The notes beneath the pieces are model-generated. The model was not told where the DNA came from. It saw only the letters and a list, made by a program, of their open reading frames with translations, and ran no database searches. Positions 1 through 40,489 of a stretch of DNA of 64,000 bases are shown here, piece by piece. Origin of the DNA: Octopus sinensis. Taxonomy: Eukaryota. The DNA lies in NCBI RefSeq assembly GCF_006345805.1, contig NC_043021.1, positions 5,828,001 through 5,892,000 on the forward strand, read 5' to 3'. The position numbers and the translations under genes were made by a program. Numbering within the stretch: the first letter of the stretch is position 1; each line of letters begins with the position of its first letter.

Positions 1-159
1 ATTGTAGGAAGATATTTGATAATATATGTGTGCAAACCATTCAATACCATTTTTTTTTCTCCAGTATCGGTTAAAAAAAAAAGAAACCCCTTGTGTCTGT
101 TTTTTACTTTTCTCAGTTGGTGTCATTCCAATTTAACCCATTAAACTAGTCAATCAACC

Positions 160-25750
<25,591 letters not shown>

Positions 25751-26246
25751 TCCCCCGTCGCGGGCGATTGCGATGCTGTTGTCACCATTAAGTTGTGATG
25801 GTTGATGCTGCTGTACTTCATGGATGTGATGGCCGCTGTGTGGCGGTGGTGATTCCTCTTCAACACCCTCATCTCCAAATTGATGCAACGATGAAAACAA
25901 CTTGCAACTACTGTTACTGACTGCATCTTGTGTTAATGCTACATGTTTGGAGATGTCAACAACCTCTGAAGAAGAAAATTTTGTATATCTATGTGTAGAT
26001 GAGTACATACATGTGTATGTATATATATGGACATTTTTCTTAAACAACGAAAAAATAGAGTACAGGACAAATAACACAAGGAAAATTCCCCTTCTTCAGT
26101 CGCCATGGTTTCATCTACTCTACGTTTCAATATATATACATATATATATATATATATAATATATATATATATTATATATATATATATATATACACATGTA
26201 TGTACTCATATATATATATATATATGTAGACGAGTACATACATGTG

Positions 26247-26288
<42 letters not shown>

Positions 26289-26536
26289 AATGCAGAGTAG
26301 ATGAAACCATGGCGACTGAAGAAGGGGAATTTTCCTTGTTTTGTATGTCCTGTACTCTATTTTTTCGTTGTTTAAGAAAAATGTCCAGTTCCTTGGTTTT
26401 GTGTTTATGTTTTCGTTTCTCATTGTGTTCGACGTTTTTTTTTTTGTGTCCTGTACCCATATATGCATGTATATATACATGTAGATGTAGGTACGTACAT
26501 ATATGTATGTATATATGCATGTTTTATTTATTAATT

Positions 26537-26610
<74 letters not shown>

Positions 26611-26611
26611 A

Positions 26612-26649
<38 letters not shown>

Positions 26650-29600
26650 AAGTGTGTTCGTGTGTCGGTGTAATCATAGGTATGAATACAAAGCATTGTT
26701 ATGTGGTTCAGACGTTTGTCTTGCATGTGATTCCCAGGTTCAATCCCACTGTTTGGCACGTTTAGCAAATTTTTTTATAATCACAGACTTGAGTGAAATC
26801 ACAGCCATATGAGTGAAACTAGGCAGCTGAAAACTATGAGGAAGCTCTTTATGTGTGTGTGTGTGTGTGTGTGGGTGAAAGAGATTGAGAGCAAGTGAGT
26901 ATGCGTGTTTGTAAAAAGATGTATGTATATGCTTTTGTGCTAATATACATGTATATAAATATATATGTGTGTGTTTGTGTATGTACATGCATGTGTGCGT
27001 TTATCTTATGCCCATTTTTGGAGCTGGCACAGGTTGGATAAGTATGTATATTTAAGGCAGTTTTTTGTAGTCTTATTTGAAGATGCTCTTCCAGTCAAAT
27101 CTTTTCTTATTTTTTAATTCCACTACTTTGAGAGTGCAGAGCTATGGGATATAATGTTCATGAGGAAGGGGAACTCAACAATATTCTTTTCTTTTATTAT
27201 TTTATTTGTTTCAGACATTTGACTGTGGCCATGCTGGGGCACCGCCTTTAGTCGAGCAAATTGACCCCAGGACTTATTGTTTGTAAGCCTAGTACTTAGA
27301 CTATCAGTCTCTCTTGCCGAACCACTAAGTGACGATGACGTAAACACACCAGCTTCAGTTGTGAAGTGATGTGGTTGTTAAGGAAGCTACTTAACCACAC
27401 AGCCACTCCTACGCCTATTTAAATATAAAATACAGAAGCAAGGTGCTAGCATGGAAAACGGACGTTAAATGATGATGATGATGATGATGATTGTATATAT
27501 ATATATATATTTATTTATCATCATCATCATTTAACATCCCTTTTTTCCATGCTGGAAATAAAATCTGGAATCAAAGGGTCTTGTAGTTAACAAAGCCTGA
27601 AGTTCTAATTAGTGGGGAAAACAGACAGAACATTAAGTACACTCTGTAAAGTGGTCGGCAATAGGAAGGGCATCAATAAGAAGTGACTCAGACCATGACA
27701 ACCCGTCCAATTCTTGCCAGCATTGAAAACTGATATAAAATGAGGATCGTGATGATGTGTGGTGTATGTCTGCCTCAGAATGTATGTATGGTTGCTCTTG
27801 TGTCGAGTTCCATATGAAACCAATTTAACATTAAGCTGAAGAATTACTTAATACTCTTTAGCAGTGTACTTGTTTATTAAAATGTGATAACTAAAAGGAC
27901 GATAGTGACTTTGAAGTTCCAACCTGCTAGCCTTTGTATGCGTGCATATCATGTATACATGTATATGTATGTATGCCTGTATGTGTTACATATATGTGTT
28001 CATGTGTATGTTTATGTGTGTGTATTCTTCAGTGTATGTTTGCGTATATCTGTCATCATTGCCTTTGTCATTCCTTACAAGGGCATAATTTACTTTTGCA
28101 ATGCAATAATCCTACTCACTGTGTCTGCTTCCTGGTTTTCCTGTCTTCCTCTGTGTCACTCTATCTCTATTTGATAACACCAAAATAAAACACATTTTAT
28201 ACCATTTTCAACCTAGAAATAAAAATTAAATTTCAACAGCGAAATATATTTTAACTCCTGCCTACTTTGTACGAGATAAAGAGTTAAATGCATTGATTTT
28301 GTTTATCATATTTTTAATACTTTTATTGAGTATCATATCTTTTTTTTTTCTTTTTTCACTTATTTCAGTCATTACACTGTGGCCATGCTGGAGCACTACC
28401 TTGAAAAATGTTAGTCGGATGAAATAACAAACACTAGTACTTATTTTTTTTAGTCAAATGAAACAACCCCAGTACTTATATTTTTCAAGCCTGGTACCTA
28501 TTCAGTTGGTCTCTTTTGCTGAAGCGCTAAGTTACGGGGATGTAAATGCACCAACATTGGTTGTCAAGTGATGGTGGAGGACAAACACAAAGCCAAAGAG
28601 ACACATATGTATGACAGGCTTCTTTCAGTTTCCGTCTACCAAATCCACTCACAAGGCTTTGGTCAGCCTGAGGCTATAGTAGAAGACACTTGCCCATGGT
28701 GCTATGCAGTGGGACTGAACCCAGAACTATGCAATGGGGAAGCATAGACTTTGCTTTTGTATTACTGCCACTGTTTTGAGAAGGCACATGGGTGTTGCAT
28801 TCATGATTGTTAGATCATCATCATCATCGTTTAACATCCGCTTTCCATGCTAGCATGGGTTGGACAATTTGACTGAGGTCTGGTGAACCAGATGGCTGCA
28901 CCAAACTCCAATCTGATCTGCCAGAGTTTCTACACCTCGATGCCCTTCCTAACGCCAACCACTCTGAGAGTGTAGTGGGTGCTTTTACGTGCCACCGGCA
29001 TGAGGGCCAGTCAGGTAGTACTGGCAGTGGCCATGCTTAAATGGTGCTTTTTATGTGCCACCTGCACAGGAGCCAGTCCAGCGGCACTGGCAACGACCTT
29101 GCTCGAATGTTTTTTCATGTGCCACCAGCACAAGTACCAGCAAGGCGATGCAGGTAACAATCATGTTCGAATGATGTCTTTTACGTGCCACTAGCACAGA
29201 GGCCACCTTGTTGCTCTGGCAACGATCATGCTTGTATGGTACCCTTAGCATTCCACTAGCATGGATGCCAGTCATGGCTTTAAATCCCAGCCTGAGTAGT
29301 TCATTGTGTTTTTGAGCAGAATACTTCAATTCATGTGGTTCCAGCTCACTTAATTGTGTAAACGAATTCCAGCAATACCTGGGAAGTTAATCCTGTGATG
29401 GACAGGTAATACATCTCATTCAGTGGGTCTGTTGTCAAGTCAGTCATTTATATGCCATGGAAATTGGGTTTAACGTCTGCCTTCTATGCTGGCATGGGTT
29501 GGACAGTTTGACAAGAGCTGGCCAGGCAGGAGCCTGCACCATGCTTCTGTGTCTGTTTTGGCATAGTTTTCACAGCTGGTTGCCCTTTCTAACACCAACT

Positions 29601-29661
29601 GTTCTGTAGAGTGGTCTCTGTGTTTTTTATGTGGCACTCACATAGGCAATGTCAATTTTGG

Positions 29662-30000
29662 CATGGTTTTTACGGCTGGATGCCTCTTTGTGCTTCATGC
29701 ATGTCTGGAGAGTTAACAACTTCTTGATCCACTCATCCACACCTCTACACATTGGAGTGTTCTGTCCCTTGTTTTGTACTGAAAGCTTGCAGTGAATTTT
29801 AGCATCTGAAAAACCTTCAGACCAGAGATCTGGTATGGTTTTTACAGCTGGATGCCTCTTTGTGCTTCATGCTTGTCTGGAGAATTAAAAACTTCTTGAT
29901 CCACTCATACACACCTCTACACATTAGAATGTGCTGTCCCTTGTTTTGTACTGAAAGCCTGCAATGAATTCTAGCCTCTGAAAAACCTTCAGACCAGAGA
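29662..30000. repeat. Tandem duplication of ~170 bp (2 copies)
   Basis: gctggatgcctctttgtgcttcatgc...aaaaccttcagaccagaga occurs twice. Confidence 0.85.
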
Positions 30001-30469
30001 AATCAGATCACTGATCTATGGCCTTCCCTGGTGCACACTGCCATCCGAGTGGCCATGTTTACTCTGTAACACAAGAATAAAAAGTGGAGCAATGAAGATC
30101 AAACTTTGGTGACATCGCCACAAAAGTACCATCTTTTAGTATTGATGAAAGTGCAGATAAGTTTTGACTTTCCCTCATATATATATATGGCAGATGCCAG
30201 CGCCGCCTGACTGGCGTCTGTGTCGGTGGCACGTAAAAGCACCAACCGATCGTGGCCGTTTGCCAGCCTCCTCTGGCCCCTGTGCCAGTGGCACGTAAAA
30301 AACACCCACTACACTTATGGAGTGGTTGGTGTTAGGAAGGGCATCCAGCTGTACAAACACTGCCATTGGAGCCTGGTGCAGCCTCCATGGCTTACCAGAC
30401 CCCGGTCGAACCATCCAACCCATGCTAGCATGGAAAACGGACGTTAAATAAAAAATGATGATGATATAT

Positions 30470-30516
<47 letters not shown>

Positions 30517-31093
30517 CTGATAGTATTTTCATTTTCCAGCAAGTATGGGAAACAACTGTGAACATGTTTCATATTTATTCTGACCTCATCAGCGAGACAT
30601 AAATTTCAGTATATTGGGTGAAGCAGTAACGGAAAAATGATTAAATAAGTGCATGAATTTTTACATTGGCTGATGTAGCAAAACAGAAATTGCTGGGGAA
30701 CAAAACAACTCAGAAAGACCATCTGAATAAAAGACAGGATGGCCATGGTTAGAACCGTTTTGATCATTTGTCTGAAAGGTCAAGGCTGGCCTTTCTGACG
30801 CGAACGATCAAACAGTTATACAACAGCTTCACAAATAAACCGCATCATAATGAGGACGTCAACAGGGATGTTGATAATATTAATGAGAAGATGTCAACAG
30901 AAAATTCAAAGCAAATATCTTGATTGCTATATGTGTATGAGTGTATGAATGTGTGATGTATACACATATATATACACTTTTCTGGTTCTAATTTGTGTAG
31001 TTATTTATGGTGGCGTTTGAGTATCACAGAGTGCAAATATATTGTGTATATTATGTATAATATATATATAAGTGGAGAAGGTATGTATGAGTA

Positions 31094-31132
<39 letters not shown>

Positions 31133-32848
31133 TATATATATATGTATGTATGTATATATGTGTGTATATATGATTTCATACAGGATGTCTCCCTCTCGCC
31201 TCATATTTGAAGGAAATATGCATCCTGTGTCATGTCAAATCACATCACCACTCTCACACAAACATGTAAATTATAATCTACATACATACATTCATACACA
31301 CATACATGTATGCATGCATATATATATACATACATATATACATACTTCTATGCGTACATACATACATATGCATATATATAGATATAGATAGATAGATAGA
31401 TAGATAGATATGCACACACACAGACAAATATAAAGTCTGGAGAATATATATTATGAAATTATTAATTGAAATAACTTTACATGTGTCTCAGTGACCACTG
31501 ACATTTATGTTATCAAGCTGGCAGAATCGTTAGCACACTGGGCGAAATGCTTGGTGGTATTTTGTCTGCCATTACATTCCGAGTTCAAATTCCACCGAGG
31601 TTGACTTTGCCTTTCATCCTTTTGGGGGTCGATAAATTAAGTACCAGTTATGCACTGGGGTCGATGTGATCGACTTAATCCCATTGTCTGTCCTTGTTTG
31701 TCCCCTCTGTGTTTAGCCCCTTGTAGGTAGTAAAGAAATAGGCATTTCGTCTGCTGTTACGTTCCGAGTTCAAATTCCGCCGAGGTCGACTTTGCTTTTC
31801 ATCCTTCCGGGGTCGATAAAATAAGTACCAGTTACGCACTGGGGTCGATGTAATCGACTTAATCCCTTTGTCTATCCTTGTTTGTCCCCTCTATGTTTAG
31901 ACCCTTGTGGGCAATAAAGAAATAAGAATATTTATGTAGTTTTGGATGTGTATATCTGTGTGTAAGTTCGTTTATTTCACATCTATTTTTCTATATTCAC
32001 ATTAGTTGGACAAATATGTTATTTGATGCATCACTTTCTATTTTGCAGACCCACTCTGTACAAAATTCTCCTGTATACCTGTTGCATACAAAGGCTACCT
32101 TCAAAGTTAGCTTACCTCTGATCTCACTACACCTCTTGTGCATCTGTTGTTTACACAGGGATTTTACACTAAGGAGTAAAAGCACCATCCGTTCGTGTCC
32201 GTTGCCAGCCTCGCCTGGCCCCTGTGCCGGTGGCACGTAAAAGTACCATCCGTTCGTGGCCGTTTGCCAGCTCCGTCTGGCACCTGTGCAGGTGGCACGT
32301 AAAAAGCACCCACTACACTCATGGAGTGGTTGGCATTAGGAAGGGCATCCAGCCGTAGAAACACTGCCAGATCAGACTGGGCCTGGTGCAGCCTTCTGGC
32401 TTCACAGACCCCAGTTGAACCGTCCAACCCATGCTAGCATTGAAAACGGATGCTAACTGAAATGATGATGATGATGATGATGAGTTTCTGCAACTCTTTT
32501 CCGGCATACCAAGCTTGACCATTTCCTTGATGTCACCAGGGTCCTGTCTCCTTTTCTAGTTCACCTAACTTTAGTCTTGGTTACGCTTACTTTAAGATTC
32601 ATGTCTAGAATTTCTTTTCAAATCTTCCTGCAAGGTGCAGACATGGCTGCGTGGTAAGAAGCTTGCTTCCAAACCACATGGTTCTGGGTTCAGTCCCACT
32701 GCGTGGCATCTTGGGCAAGTGTCTTCTACTATAGCTTTGGGCTGACCAAAGCCTTGTGAGTGGATTTGGTAGATGGAAACTGAGAACCCTTTCATATATA
32801 CATATATATATACAAATCAAAATAAGCAACAAGAATGACTCCGGTAAT

Positions 32849-32934
32849 TTGGTACAATCGTTTCTTACTACATCATTTTATTAAATGTTGTAAGTATTAC
32901 AACAGATTTAAGATGCTGAGTACTCATCAGCCAA
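32849..32934 (-). ncRNA. Type-I hammerhead ribozyme-like motif, long stem II
   Basis: Minus strand: ttgg-CUGAUGA-gtact..gcatc...gatgt-agtaa-GAAA-cgattg-UA-ccaa; GUA site; close to a (TA)n tract. Confidence 0.65.
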
Positions 32935-33869
32935 TTATAGAGGTTTTCCATTAATACAAAAATTTTCAAATCAAGTGGCAACATTATAGAGAAGGTAGAT
33001 ATATATAGACAAAGATATGGATTTAAATTTTAAGAACATATGACATAGTGAAGTCCTTCCACTGACTGACCAAGATATGGCTGTATATATATATATATCT
33101 AAGTGTGTGTGTGTGGGGGATGTTTCTATATACCTACCACCACTTCACAACCAGTGTTAATGTGGTTACATTCCTGTAATGTAACAGTGTAGGTGGGGGA
33201 CAAACAGATGCAAAGACACTCACACACACACACACACACACATAAACACACAAACACACATACACGCAAATATACTGGGCTTATTTCAGTTTCCGTCTAC
33301 CAAATCCACTCGCAAGGCTTTGGTCGGCCCAAGGCTATAATAGAAGACATTTTTCCAAAGGTGCCACACAGTGGGACTGAACCCAGAGTCATGCGGTTGG
33401 GAAGCAAGCTTCTTGCCACACCTATCCATTCCAGAAAGGAAAACATCATATGCGGATAGTAGGTAGTAATTATAATGATGTAATGTTCATGATGACGCTG
33501 GTGGCAGAGTTTGTGATGTTGATGATGATGATGGTGGTTGTGATGGTGATGGTGATGGCGATGTTTGCGGGTTGAGATAATGGTGAGGGTGATGGTGATG
33601 GTATTGATGCTGGTGCTTGGTGATGACATTGATGGTTAGTCTGAGATTTCACTTCACGACACAGCAGCAGCTTCATAGTTACAGACATTCCATAATATTT
33701 TGTTGTATGGGAGAATAGTAGTAGAGGTTGGTGGAAAAAAATATCTGTGGTAGAAACATAACACTACCCCTCAATCTCCCCCCCCTAAAGTGTCACAGCC
33801 AGACAAAACTATAGAAGGTCAAACTAGTTCTTTAACAGATGTCTCTCACACACATACACACGAATTTAT

Positions 33870-33905
<36 letters not shown>

Positions 33906-34296
33906 AGAACACATGCACACACACACATACACATGTATAGATATGTACATATATGTATGTGTGTGTACATATATATGTATATATGTAAATATATATGTGC
34001 GTGTGCATGTGTTCTTTGTATATATATATATCAGTGTATAAATGTGTGTATATACATGTATGCATATATATGTATGTATATATATGTGTATGTATGTGTA
34101 TATATATATATATATATACATGTATGAATATATATGTATGTGTATATATGTATGTGTGTATGTATATTTACATATATGTGCATACATATATATATATATA
34201 CATGTATATATATGCATATATATTTATATATGTATATGAATACACATATACACATGCATATGCATGTGTGTGATTATATACATACACACATATGTA

Positions 34297-34329
<33 letters not shown>

Positions 34330-35715
34330 GAATATAATAACTAAAAAGGATTAATAAATCCAGTCAGATATCTTGAAAGTGTCAAATAAACTTGGTTAAC
34401 TAAACATCAAACATTCAAATATCAATAAATTCAAACGGAATCAACATCCAAAGTAATTTCTCATGTATGACAAGTGAGTCTAAATATCCAGAAATTCAGA
34501 GTAGATGACAGCAAAGGCAAGACTGGAGAAAATCACATCTTTTATTGATGATTATACCATATATTTCTGTCAATCATTTTTTTTTGTGTCAACATATTTA
34601 GATATAGTAAAAAAGGTACAAAATAGCAATCAAATTAATATATCTGAAAATCTATGCTAACACAACGTTATCAAGGCAATCCAAAATGAGCTAAATTCAA
34701 AGAGAATTGAAATAATATCTCCAATAAATGAATGTATACAGAAACAATGTTAAGATGAAATATAATATTCTAAGAAACGCTAGTTCAGTATTTAGACTTG
34801 TGACATCAGTAGATAACGGAAAACTAAAAAATAAACAGAAATTCTATGTCATGACATTTAGTTATTTAGCTATTAAATATGCCAAAAAATAATTTGATAA
34901 TTAATGCATTATGTACTATCAAAATATTTAAATGTTTTTTTTCTATATTTATGAGAACATTTCAATGTAAAGTCGTTTCTACAATTGAATAATTTTAATT
35001 TTGAAGTAATTATATAATACATTTCTTCTAGGCAATGATCACTTTTAAAATTACCATTATTGTACGATGCTGCGTAACTAATAATGGACCACTTTATATC
35101 ATAGCCAATTTTCCTGTCTTTTAAATGCTAAATGCATTTACTAAGATTCGTAGAATTACATATTTTTCTAAACTTAAATGAAGGAGAATGGTTATGTAAT
35201 CTAAATTTCCAAATTGTAGCAGAAAAGAACTTATGTAAATATATCAAAAGAATGTGTTATAATACTGTTCCACATATACAAAAACAGCCATGCCAACAAC
35301 CCAACATACCTCCATCATCAGCTGCCCCATGAATATCATTATGATTTTGACATCTGGGAAGAACCATTCAATCCAGTTGTGTCAACAGCACTAACATAAA
35401 TGTTTGTTCCTTCTCCAGCCATGTCTGGCTCATAAGGGCCGGTTTCCCCGCTAAGTTACGAGGATGTAAACACACCAGCATCGGTTGTCAAGCAATGTTG
35501 GGGGAACAAACACAGACATACAAACATATACACACACATACATAAATGCATATACATATATACGACGAGCTTTTTTCTACTAAATCCACTCACAAGGCTT
35601 TGGTCAGCCCGAGGCTATAGTAAAAGACACTTGCCCAAGGTGCCACACAGTGGGACTGAACCCAGAACCATGTGGTTAGTAAGCAAGCTACTTACCACAC
35701 AGCCACTCCTGTGCC

Positions 35716-35749
<34 letters not shown>

Positions 35750-35765
35750 TAGATATATATATATA

Positions 35766-36046
35766 CAAGGAGGTAGCCAAAAGTAAACGGAAACGGTTTT
35801 AACACTTTAGTAATGGTCACTTATTGCTTGAAGACCGACCTTGTTCAGGATGACCACTGACCTCCTGAATGAATGAAATCATCACGAAAATTCATGAACT
35901 GATCTTAGAAGAGCATCCCTGAACAATTAATGAGCTTGGTGATCTGACTGGTGAGTTCTGGAGCTCCTGCCAATGAATTCTGAGTGAGGAAATGCAAAAG
36001 AAAAGAGTTTGTGCAGCAGAATTTGTGCCTTGCTTGCTCACAGACA
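35766..36046 (+). mobile_element. Mariner transposase N-terminal fragment
   Basis: EDRPCSG*P..IHELILE..TINEL..ILSEEM..FVPCLLT (WVPREL-like motif). Confidence 0.75.
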
Positions 36047-36174
36047 ACTTTGGTCGGCCATGACTATAGCGGGAGACACTTGCCCAAGTTTCCACGCACT
36101 GGGACTGAACCCGGAACCCGGAACCGTGTGGTTCATAAGCAAGCAGCCACTCCTGCGCCTATTAGTATAACAAA

Positions 36175-36262
36175 TCATCATCAATGCTGTCATAATCATC
36201 ATCATCATCATCATGACCATCACAATCATACACATCATCATCATCATCATCATCATCATCAC

Positions 36263-36296
<34 letters not shown>

Positions 36297-36960
36297 GCAA
36301 TCATACACATCATCATCATCATCACCATTCTCAACATCATCATCCTCATCATCCTCATTACCATCATCATCATCCTCATCACCATCATCCTCATCATTGT
36401 CATCACTATCATTGTCATATCTTGTATGGCTGCTGTTCACCGATCTTTCTCTCATCCTTTCTCATTACAGCCTCACTCAACACTTTGCATTCCACTTTAA
36501 CCACACTGATTTTTTCCCCCTCTGACCACACAACTGGTCACTCATCCATCCCAACTCTCTATTCCACACACATTACCGTCCCTGCTGACCATCCATCCAT
36601 CTCGCCCTCACCCTCCCATATGCAACACTCTCCTCTCACCAAACTCCATCCAATCTTGACCCTCACCACACTCCACACTCCCTCTCTCCACTCCACACTC
36701 CCTCTCTCCACTCCACACTCCCTCTCTCCACTCCACTCTTCCTTCTTACTACACCTCCATCCAATCTTGACTCCCACTGCACTCAGCTGCACTCAACCCC
36801 CACTCAACTTCTCTCCATACTCTATACACGCCTCTCACTACATTCCACTCACTCCACTTCACTTCACTCACTCCACTCCACTCCACTCACTCACTCACTC
36901 CACTCACTCCACTACACTCCACTCACTCCACTCCACTCCACTCACTCCACTCCACTCCAC
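36175..36960. repeat. (CAT)n plus (CACTC)n low-complexity tract; similar (CAT)n at 46126..46425
   Basis: Visible directly. Confidence 0.9.
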
Positions 36961-37409
36961 TCCAAAAGACCATTTAGCATCAATCTTTTCTCATCTCTTA
37001 CATAAGCTCGTCTACACCCGACCAGCCACCCACCCACCCACCCACCTTCACTACACCACCCTCTACTCCACTTTCTACAGACTGATTCCACCCCTGCTCC
37101 CCTCCAACCACCACCACTACACCAACCCAAGCTCTGATCTGAAAAGCTCCAAATTAATGTTAGTGTTACTGTTTTAGTGGTTTATTGTGTCACACCAGTT
37201 AAGGAGTCACATGACTTCTTCATAACAGCACCTACAGCAGCAGCAGCAGGAGCAGCAACTGAGAACAACTACATCAAAAGGGGGGAAAAAGACCCCCCCC
37301 ATCTTTCTTCCCCTCTCACCAACTATAAATTATAGTAAACAGCTGGAAGACTATTTTACAAGTTTATTCTAGAAGAAATTTGCTAGTTTCAAGCTCCTGC
37401 TTTCTCTCT

Positions 37410-37499
<90 letters not shown>

Positions 37500-37597
37500 T
37501 ATATGTATATATATATGTATATATATATATGTATATATATATATGTATAATATATATATATAATATATATATATATATGTATATATATATATGTATA

Positions 37598-37630
<33 letters not shown>

Positions 37631-37914
37631 ATATATAATATATGTATATATATATATATATATGTATATAATATATGTATATATATTATATGTAATATAT
37701 ATATATGTATATATATATATGACTACAAATTAGAGAATGGAGAAATATACTTAAATCAGAAAACATCAACTATCCGATGATACTCAATCCATACTTTAAT
37801 ACACCATTACATATGAGTAAAGGCAATACATAAAATGAAATGAGATATACAGTAATAGTAAAAAGATAAGAGATATAAGTAAAAAATTTTCAAATATAAT
37901 ATGCAAATAAATCA

Positions 37915-38020
37915 AAACTGACAGCTGTTTCGGCAGTGAGGACAGTCATACCTCATTTAGCCTATAAGCCATAAGGCAGGTATAAATGAGGCATTAACAA
38001 GGATGCCCCACGCCTCTTCA
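37915..38020 (-). ncRNA. 5'-truncated hammerhead-like motif
   Basis: (TA)n-UGAAGA-ggcg..long stem..tgcc-GAAA-cagctg-UC; C3 and the 5' strand of stem I are replaced by TA repeat. Confidence 0.55.
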
Positions 38021-38029
38021 TATATATAC

Positions 38030-38071
<42 letters not shown>

Positions 38072-38187
38072 ATTGCCAGATCAGACTGGAGCTTGGTGCA
38101 GCCTTCTGGCTTCCCAGACCCCAGTTGAACCGTCCAACCCATGCTAGCATGGAAAGCGGATGATAAACGAAGATGATGATGATGATG

Positions 38188-38218
<31 letters not shown>

Positions 38219-38558
38219 ACAAAGTGAGATAGGGGTTATGATTGTAACTCACTATGGGATATCAGTTATCCAATATACTGCTGGTGAAGCACCCAAAAGG
38301 CAAATACATAAATGCTTATAATTGCAATGCAATTAATTCATTTATTGTATTAGATGAGCGAAGGTAAAATATTTTACCTCAAAATCATAATACAAATAAG
38401 AAAATGGAGGAACAGGTTCATTTCAATCATCGACTTACAGATATTACCAATTCATATTATTTATTAACTACATAAATAGGAACATCCAAATCCAACAGAA
38501 TAAAACAATATACATCAGTAAGTAAGATAATACCATAAAAATAATACACATAAAATGG

Positions 38559-38684
38559 ATCTTACAGCTGTTTCAGCCTGTAGATAAAGATATCTCATTC
38601 TGCCTATATTAGTCATATGTATTGAGGTAATATGCAGTTAAAAATGAGTTACTTATATATATATTTCAAGGCCTCATCAGAGAT
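38559..38684 (-). ncRNA. Type-I hammerhead ribozyme-like motif, long stem II
   Basis: atct-CUGAUGA-ggcct...aggct-GAAA-cagctg-UA-agat. Confidence 0.65.
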
Positions 38685-38741
38685 TAATCTTCAGTATACC
38701 AAATTTTACTAACAAGGCTGGAGCTCTAGCAGAAGATACTT

Positions 38742-39047
38742 ATAATAATAATAATAATGATAATGAAATTATTGTATACAGTGCTCAACTGCACCACAAC
38801 TTGTCAAAAAGTGCATATAAAGTATATGCAGTAATGTACAAATGTCTGGAAAGCGAACAGTGTATGAGTCAGATACATGCTTGCGTGTGTATGGATGGTA
38901 GAAAATCAGGTGTAGTGTTGGCGAATCTCAGGAAGCATGGAAGTTTTGAAGGATGCAGTGCTCCGACAACTAATAACTGATGTCGGCAGTTTGTTCCATG
39001 CTTCAGCAACTCTTAGCATGAAAAAATGTTTCCGAAAGTCATGGGAG
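38742..39047 (-). mobile_element. CR1-type LINE 3' end (same family as 62590..63015)
   Basis: HDFRKHFFMLRVAEAWNKLP; near-identical 3' UTR; (TTA)n tail. Confidence 0.8.
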
Positions 39048-39824
39048 AGCAATGGGACTGAACCGAAGACCACACGGTTGGGAAGCAAGCTTCTTAACCA
39101 TTCAGCTATGCCCATGCATATATGCAAATCATGTCTAATCTTTTGAATAACTTTGTCCCAAATCATGTTCCTAGTTTTGCAATCAGAACATTTTTCACTT
39201 CGCCAGTAAACACAAGTTTTTTTTTCTCATTTTCTGTTAACAACATAAGGAAGTTCTTTAACCCTTCAGCACGTAAACCACTCTTATCCGGCCCAAGAAT
39301 TTCAACCTGTTTTATGTTCAAACCCGTCAGATCTGGTTTTTCACTTCTCTAAAATGTCATTTTAAATATAAATAATAATAATAATCATCATCATCATCAT
39401 CATCAGCAGCAGCAGTAGCATACATACTCTTTACTCTTTTACTTGTTTCAGTCATTTGACTGCGGCCATGCTGGAGCACCGCCTTTAATCGAGCAACTCG
39501 ACCCCGGGACTTATTCTTTTGTAAGCCCAGTACTTATTCTATCGGTCTCTTTTGCCGAACCGCTAAGTGACGGGGACATAAACACACCAGCATCAGTTGT
39601 CAAGCAATGCTAGGGGGACAAACACAGACGCACAAACACGTACACACACACATATATATATATATACATATATACGATGGGCTTCTTTCAGTTTCCATCT
39701 ACCAAATCCACTCACAAGGCCTTGGTCGGCCCGAGGCTATAGTAGAAGACACTTGCCCAAGATGCCACACAGTGGGACTGAACCCGGAACCACGTGGTTG
39801 GTAAACAAGCTACACAGCCACTCC

Positions 39825-39870
<46 letters not shown>

Positions 39871-40458
39871 CATACATATATATGACGGGCTTCTTTCAGT
39901 TTCCATTTACCAAATCCACTCACAAGGTTTTGGTCAACCCAAGGTTATAGTAGAAGACACTTGCCCAAGGTGCCACGCTGTAGGATGAACCCAGAACCAT
40001 ATGGTTCCTAAGCAAGCTACTTACCACACAGCCACTGTGTATGTGGGCATGTATACCAGCATAAATGAGTGTGTGCTTGTAAGTGTCTATACGAAACATG
40101 TGTATGTGTGTTAGTATGTGTGTGCGTTTGTACTTATGTACGTGTGTCTGTTTGTGTGTTTGTGTGCATGTACGTGTGTGTGCGTGTATGTATGTATATG
40201 TGTTTGTGTGCATGTACGTGTGTCTGTGTGCATGTACGTGTGTCTGTGTGTATGTATGTCTGTACGTGTGTCTGTGTGCATGTCTGTACGTGTGTTTCTG
40301 TGCATGTATGTGTGTTTGTGTCTATGTATATCTGTACATGTGTTTGTGTGTATGTATGTTAGCACGTGTATGTGTGTGTGTGTGTGTGTATCATTGAGTA
40401 AGTACTGATGTGATGTCATGTCGAGAGCCAGAGATGCTATAAAGTACGCGCGCGTGTG

Positions 40459-40489
<31 letters not shown>

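Noticed and set aside
30556-30598. Minus-strand CUGAUGA..GAAA hammerhead candidate
   Set aside because: Core boxes and palindromic acatgt are present but stems I and II do not pair; at most a decayed copy. Weaker cases near 10650 and 14760..14830 were also rejected.
35984-37177. 397-aa His-rich ORF, the longest in the track
   Set aside because: Runs through a mariner scrap, a SINE head and (CAT)n/(CACTC)n repeats; stop-free because of low complexity.
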